Shown here: in pieces, positions 48,692 to 58,497 of the stretch
Layout: each line of letters starts with the position of its first letter
Numbering within the stretch: the first letter of the stretch is position 1
NCBI GenBank assembly: GCA_016745075.1
Contig: JADGDD010000002.1
Span: forward strand, 130,034-194,033
Direction of reading: 5' to 3'
Length of the DNA: 64,000 bases
Source: Planctomycetota bacterium
GTDB lineage: Bacteria > Planctomycetota > UBA11346
The notes under the pieces: model-generated
Databases searched by the model: none
Told to the model about the DNA's origin: nothing
Seen by the model: only the letters and a program-made list of their open reading frames with translations
Translations under genes and position numbers: made by a program

Positions 48692-51600
48692 CTCTTCTGC
48701 AAGTTTTTTGATCTGAGCTAAATCGCGTTTGCCAGTTCCTAACAGGGGTATCTTATCTACTTGGAAAAAGTCTCGTGTTTTTGGGCGGAAAATGGGTGGT
48801 AATTCATTATCAGCGTTAATGGTCTTGAGTATATCATCGGCAGAAATGCTACAGGTGGTATGTAGAACGATTAAGCGCTCTCCTCTATTATTGTCTGGAA
48901 CTGCTGCGACGGCTAATTGGCACTCGTCCTCTTCTGGTAATACGGAAAGAAGTGCTTCTTCTACATTGTCGAGTGGAACCATTTCCCCGCCAATTTTCGC
49001 AAAACGGGCCATACGGCCAGTAATATAGACAAAACCATCTTTATCTATGCGGCCAATATCACCAGTATTATAGCCACCATGAATAAAAGCTTCTTGGGTT
49101 TTATCAGCTTGGCCAAGATACCCTGCCATACGGCTTGGAGAACGAGCAATGAGCAACCCTTCTTCCTGTGGATTGAGTCTGTCGAGTGTTTCTGGATGAA
49201 CGGTAAACATGTTAATGCCAGGCAGTGGTCGACCAATAGAACCGTCTCGCGAGCCAGGTTCACGTATACCATCACGTGCTGTATTGGGAATATTACAAGC
49301 TACAACCGGAGACATTTCAGTGCAGCCATAGCCTTCTAGTAAATCTGCTTGATAACGGTCCTTAAATTGTTCGCGTAAATCTGCGGGGCATTTTTCTGCG
49401 CCAACAACAGCAAAGCGTAAGGCGGAGAATTGCTCTGGTTCAATGCGACGCATCCATGTACGAGCAAAGGTAGGTGTTCCAAGTAAAAAGGTAGCGGAAC
49501 ATTGTTGAGCAAGTGCTCCTAATGCTTTACCGTCCATAGGGTTTGCCTGACCAGCAATAGCAAATCCACGAGTAAGTCCTAACCACATGCCAGGCGTTAA
49601 ACCAAAACTATGGAATAATGGTAGTGGACTTAATATAACATCTTCACCACTACGGAGATTTAATAAAGAAATAACAGCATCACAGTTTGCCAAAATATTT
49701 TTATGAGTCAGTTGTACGCCTTTTGGTGTACCAGTTGAGCCAGATGAGAAAATAATGGTAGCTATGTCATCAGCGCGTGAAACATCAAGTATACGACTAG
49801 GGAGAAGGATCGTTTTTAACAGAGCATAGATAATAGGCAGACCCTTAATGCTTGGTAATAATTCCTCTGCATAGAGCGTGCGTGCTTCTGTTTCCGGTGC
49901 TTTGATTTTCCGCATGTAGAGTTTTGAGCTGATAACAGTAGAGATTTCAGCACGTTCACACATAGTGTGTAATGTATCTGCGCCAACAGTATGGTTGAGA
50001 TTTACAGCCGTACGACCAGAAAGAGCTACGGCAAGATTTATGATAGTTCCAGCCCGTCCTGGTGGCAACATAATACCAATGGTTTTATCGGTAGCAGTGA
50101 GTCCCAGTTTTGGAATAAGAGCCAAAGCGGCAGAGGCGAGTTGCAGACGGTTGAGTGAGCCTTGGGCATCAACGACAGCTGTACGGAAAGGATGACGTTT
50201 TGCATGACATAAAAATGCAGCTCCAAGTGTTGCTTGGTTGTGATCTATGCGAGCTTGAGCGTTATCATAACCAAGAGCTTGTACCGCTTGCTGAGCATGT
50301 GCTGCTGTGGTCTCTGCATCTAAAGCGGTGCCCAAACGAAGGGCGACCTTTCTCCGAATATGCGGGGCCGCACGTTTAGCACTGCGGCTGGTAAAGGTAC
50401 CGTAGAGGCCATCAAGATGAGCAGGGATAACAGGGACACCAGCGCGTGCGGCAATCCGTTCCATGCCGCCTTGGAAACGATCCATTTGTCCACTGCGGCT
50501 CAGTTTGCCCTCTGGGAATATGACTACTACTTCACCATTCTTGGCAGCTTCCACCGCAAGGTCTATAGAAGCAACGAGAGCCCGCCGTTTATCACCACCA
50601 TCAATTGGGATTGCGCCCATAGCTCGGAGAAAGAAACCAATAACGGGCATATCAATAAATGTTTTAAATATGAGAAAACGCCCCGGACGTGGTAAGGCAG
50701 CTGCTAAAACAACACCATCGGCATAGCTGACGTGGTTACAAACAATCAAGCAGCCACCCTGTTTTGGGAGATGTTCTGCACCGTTGAGTTTTATTTTGAA
50801 GAAAAAACGAACAATCATGGTAACGGCCCATGCTGCTAAATGGTGTCGATAGACGCAGACAGGAATCAATAGAATGCCAAGAATAGTACAGCCAAATATT
50901 TTTAGAAGAGTGGCATCACCGGCTGCACTTGCGAAGTAGAGAAATGAAAAACCGAGTATTAAACCAACAGTACCAATAAGACTGCTTGCAGCAAAAACCT
51001 GTCCTCGTTTTTCAAGAGGTGCGCGTTGTTGCAATAAAACATTTAAAGGGACCAGCCACAAACTACCACCCATGCCAGCAACGGTTAAGGATATAAGAAA
51101 ACTACTGAGTGAACCCTGTGTAATAGCTTGGCCCATAGCGAGAACACCAAAGCCGGCAATCCCAGCTCCAACGCATGGCAAGCCTGCCGGCCAAGCACGG
51201 TTAATGAAACGTGGTGCACTTATCGCAGCAAGGCCCATAGCTACGGCCAATAATCCGTTAATCATGATAGCATGGCTGGTGCTGAGGCCAAAGGCTTGCA
51301 CAGCGGCATTGGTCATAGTGATGTCAATGACAGCAGCCAGAGTCCAGAAGCCACCAATACATAAAGCCGGTATCCATAAGCCTTGGGCACAGGATAAAAC
51401 ACGAAATTGTTGCAGGAGTGAAAGTGGCCGGATTGGAGTGGTGGGGTTTGCTGCGTCTGGGGTGCGCACAACAAAGGCTCCAGCAATCCCGCAGAGAGCA
51501 ACGATGATGCTTACCGTACACAACATTATCGTTGGTGATAAGATCGAACCCGTGTAGATCGGCAATTCTGGATCAATAAGTGCTGCACAGGCAATGCCAA

Positions 51601-52054
51601 TTAAAATAGATGCATTTGTTGCAGCCTGCAAACGCCCATTTGCCTGTTCCAATTGTTTTTCCGCAACCAGTTCAGGAATGACAGCATATTTTACTGGAGC
51701 AAAAAGAGCGCTTTGTATACCAAAGCCACACACAGCGACGTGGAGAAGCAAGCTATGTTCTTGGGCAATGGCAAGTATACCGAGGAGGCAGAGTGCTGGC
51801 TCAATTAAACGAACCGCACGAATGAGTGTTTGTTTAGGAAAACGGTCGGAAAGTGTTCCAGCTAATGGGGCAAATAGGAGGAAAGGAACGATAAAAAATA
51901 GCCCTAAAAGTGCTCCGGCTTCCGTTCCAGAAGCCTGGCCAAGACCGGCAATAGCACCCGAGAGAATAAGGTTCTTGCCTGCATGGCGAAAGATGTTGTC
52001 ATTGATGGCTCCGGCACTGAGACTGGCGAGGTGGCCTGCAAAGGGTTTGTTCAT
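48680..52054 (-). CDS. aas: three-domain fusion: MFS lysophospholipid transporter (LplT-like), 1-acyl-glycerol-3-phosphate-type acyltransferase (PlsC), and acyl-ACP synthetase/AMP-binding domain (Aas)
   Basis: A polytopic MFS domain occupies the N-terminus. It is followed by the acyltransferase HxxxxD motif (CNHVSYADG) and then the AMP-binding motif (IFSSGSTGTPKGV...GYGCTE). The single ORF is 1124 aa. Confidence 0.8.
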   Translation of the reverse strand: MNKPFAGHLASLSAGAINDNIFRHAGKNLILSGAIAGLGQASGTEAGALLGLFFIVPFLLFAPLAGTLSDRFPKQTLIRAVRLIEPALCLLGILAIAQEHSLLLHVAVCGFGIQSALFAPVKYAVIPELVAEKQLEQANGRLQAATNASILIGIACAALIDPELPIYTGSILSPTIMLCTVSIIVALCGIAGAFVVRTPDAANPTTPIRPLSLLQQFRVLSCAQGLWIPALCIGGFWTLAAVIDITMTNAAVQAFGLSTSHAIMINGLLAVAMGLAAISAPRFINRAWPAGLPCVGAGIAGFGVLAMGQAITQGSLSSFLISLTVAGMGGSLWLVPLNVLLQQRAPLEKRGQVFAASSLIGTVGLILGFSFLYFASAAGDATLLKIFGCTILGILLIPVCVYRHHLAAWAVTMIVRFFFKIKLNGAEHLPKQGGCLIVCNHVSYADGVVLAAALPRPGRFLIFKTFIDMPVIGFFLRAMGAIPIDGGDKRRALVASIDLAVEAAKNGEVVVIFPEGKLSRSGQMDRFQGGMERIAARAGVPVIPAHLDGLYGTFTSRSAKRAAPHIRRKVALRLGTALDAETTAAHAQQAVQALGYDNAQARIDHNQATLGAAFLCHAKRHPFRTAVVDAQGSLNRLQLASAALALIPKLGLTATDKTIGIMLPPGRAGTIINLAVALSGRTAVNLNHTVGADTLHTMCERAEISTVISSKLYMRKIKAPETEARTLYAEELLPSIKGLPIIYALLKTILLPSRILDVSRADDIATIIFSSGSTGTPKGVQLTHKNILANCDAVISLLNLRSGEDVILSPLPLFHSFGLTPGMWLGLTRGFAIAGQANPMDGKALGALAQQCSATFLLGTPTFARTWMRRIEPEQFSALRFAVVGAEKCPADLREQFKDRYQADLLEGYGCTEMSPVVACNIPNTARDGIREPGSRDGSIGRPLPGINMFTVHPETLDRLNPQEEGLLIARSPSRMAGYLGQADKTQEAFIHGGYNTGDIGRIDKDGFVYITGRMARFAKIGGEMVPLDNVEEALLSVLPEEDECQLAVAAVPDNNRGERLIVLHTTCSISADDILKTINADNELPPIFRPKTRDFFQVDKIPLLGTGKRDLAQIKKLAEELAT

Positions 52055-52258
52055 GGAAATCTCCTATTGTCTGCCGATAAGATAACGACTGATTACAAAT
52101 GGTCAATCTCTTTTATTATCTCATTATCCGCTTGACCGCGGCCATTCTGTGAGTCATCATGAAACAGTAAGCAATAGCGCTATCTTGATATGTAGAGCTC
52201 ACTGTTGGCGTTTAAGCCAAACGGGCTTGGGAAGCGCTGTGATGAAACGGAGAGAAAT

Positions 52259-52588
52259 ATGACAGATTTACAGATTCGTGAGCAAGATGGTGCAACCGTC
52301 ATAGAAGTTGTTGAAACTGAATGCGGTGCTTTGTGGCAAACCATCGGGCCACTTGTTTCCGAAAGCAAGAAAGCCATTGTTCTCGATTTTGTTTCAGTCA
52401 GCTACTTAAATTCTATGAATATTGCAGCAATTATTTCTTTGCGCAATAAAATCACTACTGGTGGCTCAACACTTGCTCTTGCAAATGTTCAAGAAAATAT
52501 CCGTTCTGTGTTTCGTATTTTGCGTCTAGAAAAATTATTCAACCTCGATCTTGATCTCAATGAGGCTCTTGCTTCATTAAAAGAGTAG
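52259..52588 (+). CDS. STAS domain anti-sigma factor antagonist (SpoIIAA/RsbV-like)
   Basis: The STAS fold pattern is present (IVLDFVSVSYLNSMNIAAIISLRNKITTGGSTLALANVQENIRSVFRILRL). The start is set at the ATG at 52259, which follows a GGAGAGAAA Shine-Dalgarno-like sequence. Confidence 0.65.
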   Translation: MTDLQIREQDGATVIEVVETECGALWQTIGPLVSESKKAIVLDFVSVSYLNSMNIAAIISLRNKITTGGSTLALANVQENIRSVFRILRLEKLFNLDLDLNEALASLKE

Positions 52589-52670
52589 AACTCGCAGAGG
52601 GGCTTTTTCAGGCGTTGGCCTGTTAATGGTGCACTGTGCTCAGCAGGTACAATAAATTTTATTATGAATA

Positions 52671-52697
52671 AAGCCTCTATTGAGAGGCTTTATTTTT
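52671..52697. terminator. rho-independent terminator (bidirectional), directly abutting the moaC stop codon
   Basis: An 8 bp stem AAGCCTCT/AGAGGCTT with loop ATTG is followed by TATTTTT and preceded by an A-rich tract. Confidence 0.6.
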
Positions 52698-53169
52698 GGG
52701 TGCGCTGTATGTCCCCACTTTTGCCGCCACTTTTCCGAATAAGTTCAGTTGGTCCAATGCTCATGTCGTGGCTAATTGCCTTGAGCATATCATAAATAGT
52801 TAGCGCACAGACAGAAGCAGCGGTGAGCGCTTCCATTTCTACACCAGTTTGTCCGTGACAATCAACGGTGGCCGTAATGTGTAGAGTGTTGCCCTTGAGC
52901 ACCATATCGAGATCAGCTTTGCTAATAGAGAGCGGATGACAGAGTGGAATAAGATTGGATGTTTGCTTGGCGGCCATGATGCCAGCGAGTCTGGCGACCT
53001 GTAATACATTACCTTTGCGGGTTTCACCGCCGCTGGCAAGCACGCTCCGACATTCTTCTGGTAAAACCACCGCACTAACAGCAGTGGCAGAACGTTTGGT
53101 GATGGTCTTATCGCCAACATCAACCATGTGTGGATTACCGTCACCGCGTAAATGTGTCAGTTTGCTCAT
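52690..53169 (-). CDS. moaC: cyclic pyranopterin monophosphate synthase accessory protein MoaC
   Basis: The protein aligns end to end with E. coli MoaC (HMVDVGDK...LIPLCHPL...[23 protein letters not shown]...KSGGKSGD). Confidence 0.9.
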   Translation of the reverse strand: [159 protein letters not shown]

Positions 53170-53253
53170 GGGGAAAGTCTCTGTTATTCAAAAGGAACAG
53201 CCTAGGGGTGTACCCTAGGCTGTTATGGTAGGTTACACATGTATACGGTAGTC

Positions 53254-54063
53254 TTATGCGCGAGATTTACCACCAGAGATGTTGATGGTGGTGCCGTGCA
53301 CGTAAGAAGCACGGGTGCTAGAGAGATAGACAATCAAATCAGCTACCTCAGACAATTTACCACTACGGGTGAGCGGGATGGTGCTCGTATTACCATACCC
53401 AGCGCGTAACTCATCGACTGTTTTTCCGCGTGTGTAGGCAAGAGAACTTTCGTAAGCATCATTACGCAAAGCGGTGGCTTCCATAATGCCAGGAGCAACA
53501 CCAACCACACGTACACCATGTTTGCCAAGTTCTTTAGCCCAGCTGCGGCTGAGGTTGTACGCGGCAGCTTTGGTTGCTGCGTAGACGCTTTGGCCTTCAG
53601 AACCTTCAGAACCAGATTCAGAGGCAAGGTTAATAATCGCGCCACCTTTACCATCAGCCATCATTGCGCGTGCACTTGCTTGAGCACAAAGGAATTGGCC
53701 TTTCATATTGATGCTAACAACTTTGTCCCAAACTTCTTCGGTCATTTCTTCTTGACCGTTTGGGTCAACGAGTAGACGCGGAATATTGATACCAGCGTTA
53801 TTAACGAGTACGTCCAAGCGACCATATTTTTCAACGGCGAAGGCAACAACGGCATCAACCATTTCTTTATTGGTTACGTCACATTTAACGAAAGATGCAT
53901 GGTCACCAAGTTCAGCAACGGCTGCATTGCCAGCATCTTCATTAAAATCAGCAATAATAACATATGCGCCAACATCGGCAAAACCTTGAGCGATAGCTCG
54001 GCCAATGCCGAGTGCGCCGCCAGTGATGATGACTGTTTTGTTTTCGAGTTCGAGCCAAGACAT
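53254..54063 (-). CDS. SDR family oxidoreductase (sorbitol-6-phosphate dehydrogenase/SrlD-like polyol-phosphate dehydrogenase subgroup)
   Basis: TVIITGGALGIGRAIA, NNAG and YAATKAA motifs are present. The C-terminal half resembles SrlD-type SDRs. I set the start at the MSWLELENK Met. Confidence 0.6.
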   Translation of the reverse strand: MSWLELENKTVIITGGALGIGRAIAQGFADVGAYVIIADFNEDAGNAAVAELGDHASFVKCDVTNKEMVDAVVAFAVEKYGRLDVLVNNAGINIPRLLVDPNGQEEMTEEVWDKVVSINMKGQFLCAQASARAMMADGKGGAIINLASESGSEGSEGQSVYAATKAAAYNLSRSWAKELGKHGVRVVGVAPGIMEATALRNDAYESSLAYTRGKTVDELRAGYGNTSTIPLTRSGKLSEVADLIVYLSSTRASYVHGTTINISGGKSRA

Positions 54064-54276
54064 GGGTGTCTCCAAAAGAATAAAAAGAAAAAGGAACGAC
54101 AGAGGCGAGAGAATAGGAGGCATTTAAAAAAGGAAAAGAAAGAATGTTTTGTATAAAGCTCTGATGCATAAAAACGGTTTGTTTATGGTGCCGATGCATC
54201 GGTATGCGAAATAGAGTTTTATAAAAACATTCCTAATTTCTTCTTTGTGTGCATATTGCTCTTGTGTGTTTTACAT

Positions 54277-56058
54277 TTATGAAAGAGTTAAGGGGTAAGC
54301 TTTGCCGAAAGATTCAAAGAGAATTTCTTCAACTCGACGTGACCACACATCGCCATTGCTGGCAAGCTCATCAGCGGCGGCTTTAAGGGCGGTGGCTACT
54401 ATTTCGTTTGCAGTTTCAGCGGCTTTACGGAAATCGGCTGCGCTAACGGCTACCCATGGTAAATCTGCTAAATCAGTAAAGACATAAAAGCTACCAAATG
54501 GAGCGGATGCTTCTACATCATCCATCATAGCTAAAGTATGGTTGAGCCCACAAACACCTTTGACCATCCAGTCAAAATTGACGGGGTTTTGACCTTGAAG
54601 TGCCATGTCATCTGCGTGTGGTTCGGAAGTGTTGGTCATTGCCCACGGTACATTACTGCCGCAAAGTTGATGACGGCTGGTATAATGGCTGTGCTTGGAA
54701 CGGATGGCAATATCGCAATCACCATCCACAAAAGCAACGGCAGCATTACGGGCAAGTTGTAGCTCGCGAGTGCTGTAGCGTTTGGCTGCTTCTGTACCAG
54801 TGCCAGCAATAAAGACATCGGTAAATTGTGTACCCTCAGGAACGGTATCATAGCACGTGTATACCGTTGCACCATTACAGGCCGCACGATAAGTAGCGCT
54901 GCGTTTGTCTGAGGCAAAACCGTCAAGTAAGACAACAGCTTCTTTAGCAAGACCATAGTGACGTTCAGGATTATTAGGATGCACATTATGATGCATGCCA
55001 GCAATGACGGTTTCTGCTTCTTCCTCAAGGGAGGCGTAGTTTGTAGCGGCATCAATATGAATCTGTAAAACGAGCTCAGGGTCAGCGGCACCAGCATAAT
55101 TATTAATATTACCGCCAGTTGCAATAATAGCGCAGGCTTGCGCGTAGACATCGGTCGTAGCGAAGTTGGTCCAGATGATTTCTGGTTTGCCTTCTGATTG
55201 CAATTTGTCGATGATGTTCGGGTCACGACGGTCAATCAAGACTACTTTTGTACCAGCGGCACGTAGACGTTTAATAAGATCAAAATGATCAAGTTCGTCT
55301 AATTTTGCTTGGGAGCCGGTTATGTAAACAACGCTTGGTAATTCTTCTGGGGGAACGCTGGCAACAATAGTCAGGTTAATCATCGCCATGCGGGCGGTGC
55401 CAGCAAGATAAGCAATTTTAGCGCGTGGTGGGACACCGTAGATAAAATCACCATTGTCAGCTGTGGTGAAAATGAATTTATTCGTGCCGTAGTTACAGGC
55501 AAATGGTTCAGAATGGGCAAGGCTGACAATGCTTGTTTCATCATTAGCAGGGACCGCATTAAATAAATTACCAAAACCTTGGCTTTTTACAAAATCAATC
55601 GCACTTACAGGAATGGCGTTAAATGGACGTAGGCCGCCAAAATTTCTGTAGCTATAGCCAAGTGATGGCAATACACCATTTTCATTATCAAGCTCAAAAG
55701 AAGCAGGATTGACCGGCAAAGCAGAATGGCCTGGTGTAATAAAAACAATATCGCCAGCAGTAAGGCCTGTTGATTCTGGAGCTTCTACAATGACTTGCAG
55801 CGTTTCGTGGCCAAGAGCAACTTGTGTGGCATCGTTTGGTACACGTGCATGCTGATGAAATTGTTTAATGGCTTTTCCATCAGAAGCACAGCGACAATTC
55901 CCAAGAGAATAACTTACCACATGATCGCCAGTAAAAACATTCTTTGGTAAGTCATCTTCAAGTAATTGAATTTCACTTGGCCCAGTAATGAAAACACCTT
56001 TGTGGGATTCACGGCTTTGTATGGCGAGTTTTTGAGCATATTCAGTGCGGGTTGTCAT
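54277..56058 (-). CDS. hypothetical 593 aa dehydrogenase-like protein with a possible medium-chain dehydrogenase/reductase (MDR) GroES-like N-terminal region and a long C-terminal region of unknown function
   Basis: The N-terminal segment contains GDHVV...GHETLQVIVEAPESTGLTAGDIVFITPG, which resembles a zinc-ADH/MDR catalytic domain. The remaining roughly 250 aa match nothing I recognise. Confidence 0.3.
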   Translation of the reverse strand: MTTRTEYAQKLAIQSRESHKGVFITGPSEIQLLEDDLPKNVFTGDHVVSYSLGNCRCASDGKAIKQFHQHARVPNDATQVALGHETLQVIVEAPESTGLTAGDIVFITPGHSALPVNPASFELDNENGVLPSLGYSYRNFGGLRPFNAIPVSAIDFVKSQGFGNLFNAVPANDETSIVSLAHSEPFACNYGTNKFIFTTADNGDFIYGVPPRAKIAYLAGTARMAMINLTIVASVPPEELPSVVYITGSQAKLDELDHFDLIKRLRAAGTKVVLIDRRDPNIIDKLQSEGKPEIIWTNFATTDVYAQACAIIATGGNINNYAGAADPELVLQIHIDAATNYASLEEEAETVIAGMHHNVHPNNPERHYGLAKEAVVLLDGFASDKRSATYRAACNGATVYTCYDTVPEGTQFTDVFIAGTGTEAAKRYSTRELQLARNAAVAFVDGDCDIAIRSKHSHYTSRHQLCGSNVPWAMTNTSEPHADDMALQGQNPVNFDWMVKGVCGLNHTLAMMDDVEASAPFGSFYVFTDLADLPWVAVSAADFRKAAETANEIVATALKAAADELASNGDVWSRRVEEILFESFGKAYPLTLS

Positions 56059-56184
56059 GTGGAGCGCATCCTTTAGGGAAAATTATGGAAAAAACAAAAA
56101 TGGGGGAAGAGGGAGCCTTTACAAGGTGGGATTGAGTTGCCAACTGATCAACATTCCCGATTTTCTCCCTCTTCTTTTTTTGTT

Positions 56185-56925
56185 TTATCCTTGGATTTTT
56201 TGGTCTGGGTTGTTGAAGTACATATCTTCAAGGCTGTCCCATGCACCAGGAGCGCCAAACAGTGGAAGGTCACGGCTGCGCATAACATTGCCAAGGTTGA
56301 TGACATCTTCTTTGGTGACTTCTTTAATGCCTTGGCCTAGACTCATTGCGCCAATGACGTGACGAGCAGTCATTTCTAGGAGGTCTGTACACATTTGAAT
56401 CCACTCAAGATCGCGTGGGCTCATCATCACCATGCCGTGGTTTTCCATGAGGAAGGTGTTGTAACGTTGCAAGAATGGTGAGAAGTTGTCAGCCAAACGT
56501 TGGGTGAGCGGTTCGCCATAAGGAACAACAGGAACTGGACCAATTTCAGTAATAGTTTCTGGGAAGAGTGGGCTCATCATCCAGTTTTTGCCTTTTGAAA
56601 TGGCAAAGGTGTTGAGTGAAATTGGATGGCAATGCAAAACTGCTTGGATGTCTGGACGTTCGTTAAAAAATTTCACGTACATGGGTGTTTCACCAGTTGG
56701 ACGAGCCGTTCCTTCAATCGTTTCGCCTTTCATATTGAGAAAGACAACATTGTCACGGGTGACGTGACCTTTCCAGTGTTGTGTTGGGGTAATTAAAATA
56801 ACGTCGTCTTCTAATTTCCATGCCAAGTTGCCACCGTGTCCGGTAACGTATTGATGTTTGGCAAGGTGATGGCAGGTGCCAACAAATGTGTCAACTTGGT
56901 CACTGTATTTTTTGAGGTAGCTCAT
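56185..56925 (-). CDS. class II aldolase/adducin family protein (FucA/AraD/ketopentose-phosphate epimerase-like)
   Basis: VTGHGGNLAW and VLHCHPISLN, a variant of the metal-binding HTHS box, are present. The length is 246 aa. Confidence 0.7.
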   Translation of the reverse strand: MSYLKKYSDQVDTFVGTCHHLAKHQYVTGHGGNLAWKLEDDVILITPTQHWKGHVTRDNVVFLNMKGETIEGTARPTGETPMYVKFFNERPDIQAVLHCHPISLNTFAISKGKNWMMSPLFPETITEIGPVPVVPYGEPLTQRLADNFSPFLQRYNTFLMENHGMVMMSPRDLEWIQMCTDLLEMTARHVIGAMSLGQGIKEVTKEDVINLGNVMRSRDLPLFGAPGAWDSLEDMYFNNPDQKIQG

Positions 56926-57018
56926 AGTAAGATCCTTTTAAGGGTGATTTTAAAGATAAGAGAGAATATGGAGCATTGAAGGAGAACGTTTATGTTGCTT
57001 TCTCCCTCAATGCTTTTT

Positions 57019-58281
57019 TTATTTAGGAAGTACGACTGTTTCTTTACCGACTTTTTCAAAGTAGGCATTTTTTTCTGCGGTGGTGGCGAATTGTTTATGT
57101 GCCCAGTCGCTACAGTAACCATTGCCAGTACGAACGCTTTCAACAGTATGGCCGAAGAGAATGTTTGCGCCGCGACGAAAGCTATCAACAACAGGTGCAA
57201 GTTCTGGTGCGTCAAAATCATCAACAAACTTTAGACCCGGTGCATTGAGCTCGGTGCCAACAATAATAGGCAATTCACGTTCGTTGCACAGCTCTACTAT
57301 TTTATAGAGATTGGCGACTTTTGTTTTTTTCGTTGCTTCGTCTGCAATGTTCCAGTTACGGTCAGGAACAATATTTAAAATGGCAGCGCCTGCGGCTTGA
57401 TGTAGATCCAGTAATTCGCCAATGTCTGTTTCGCCTTGTGTTGTACCATCGAGCCAAGTGATGGTAGGTAGAGCCTTGGTAGCAAGGGCGTAATCGTTAA
57501 TGGCAGTCATTAACGGAAAGGTGTCTTCTTCTGGTTGTTGATAACCAACGCCGCCGCGTTTCATGGTTTTAGAGCGGATCAGCCCTTGTAGTTTTGGACT
57601 GTTGTCAGGGCAGTCGCCAAGTTTTTCTGTCCAGAAGGCGGCACGTTTGTCTGCATCTGGAAAAATCTCTTCTGCTTTATTTTCATAGGCTTGGCAAATA
57701 TGACGTTCAGTTGCATTGCCATTTGGTGTGAGCGGCAGCACGTCTTGGTCGTAATCAAGTTCTACGGGAGCAAGGAATGGGTTGACTGCTCCAAGTAATT
57801 GTAGGTTACGAGCTTTTGCACCGTTGACCAAATCATTGGCCACGTCTTGAGCACCTGCTGGTATATCGCCGTTTATAAAGCCACTTGCCATATGGTAGGT
57901 AATGCCTGGTTCGCCAGGTGAATTGATTTCACGAGTCGAGAAACTTGGGATGTAGGCGCGGGTTTCCATGCCAGCAATCGTTTTGATGCCAAGTAGGCGA
58001 CCAGCATTATGGAATTCTTCTACCCCATCAAGAACGTCAAAGTCAACAAGACCAAGCATACTAAGACCGAGTTTTTTCCCCATCCACGCAATAGCAGAAG
58101 GCGAAAAGTCATAGCCGCTGTAGGAGTAAAAAGAATGGCAATGTAGGTTGACCCAATCACGAGGGGCTTGGCAGCTGATTTCACCAGAGGCAGCTTTTTC
58201 AGCAAGGAGAGCCAGTGCCCTTGCACGTTCGGTAGCATCAAAGCTGTTTAATTGGGTTTCAAGTTGTTCTTGTGTACTCAT
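57019..58281 (-). CDS. PHP-domain metal-dependent phosphoesterase-like protein (420 aa)
   Basis: A PHP-like motif (VNLHCHSFYSYSG...GLVDFD) is near the N-terminus. The long C-terminal region is uncharacterised. Confidence 0.4.
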   Translation of the reverse strand: MSTQEQLETQLNSFDATERARALALLAEKAASGEISCQAPRDWVNLHCHSFYSYSGYDFSPSAIAWMGKKLGLSMLGLVDFDVLDGVEEFHNAGRLLGIKTIAGMETRAYIPSFSTREINSPGEPGITYHMASGFINGDIPAGAQDVANDLVNGAKARNLQLLGAVNPFLAPVELDYDQDVLPLTPNGNATERHICQAYENKAEEIFPDADKRAAFWTEKLGDCPDNSPKLQGLIRSKTMKRGGVGYQQPEEDTFPLMTAINDYALATKALPTITWLDGTTQGETDIGELLDLHQAAGAAILNIVPDRNWNIADEATKKTKVANLYKIVELCNERELPIIVGTELNAPGLKFVDDFDAPELAPVVDSFRRGANILFGHTVESVRTGNGYCSDWAHKQFATTAEKNAYFEKVGKETVVLPK

Positions 58282-58497
58282 AGGGGTGACTCCCGACGTA
58301 TGGTTGTGTAGGATGATAAAGAGCGTTCTTCTATCACATCCTTTTCAGGGGTAATATCTTAAAACAGCTCGTTTATCGTGTGAGGCGGCAACTCTGTGAA
58401 TGCACTTATTGAATCAAGTAAGAAAATCTTTTTAGGATGCTTTTTTGACTGAATATGACCGACATAGATTGACTTTGATCGATGAGCTGTTAGATAT
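58282..58497. promoter_or_regulatory. divergent promoter/operator region between the catabolic operon and its DeoR-family regulator
   Basis: A 216 bp AT-rich gap separates divergently transcribed genes. DeoR regulators typically bind sites in such regions. Confidence 0.3.
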
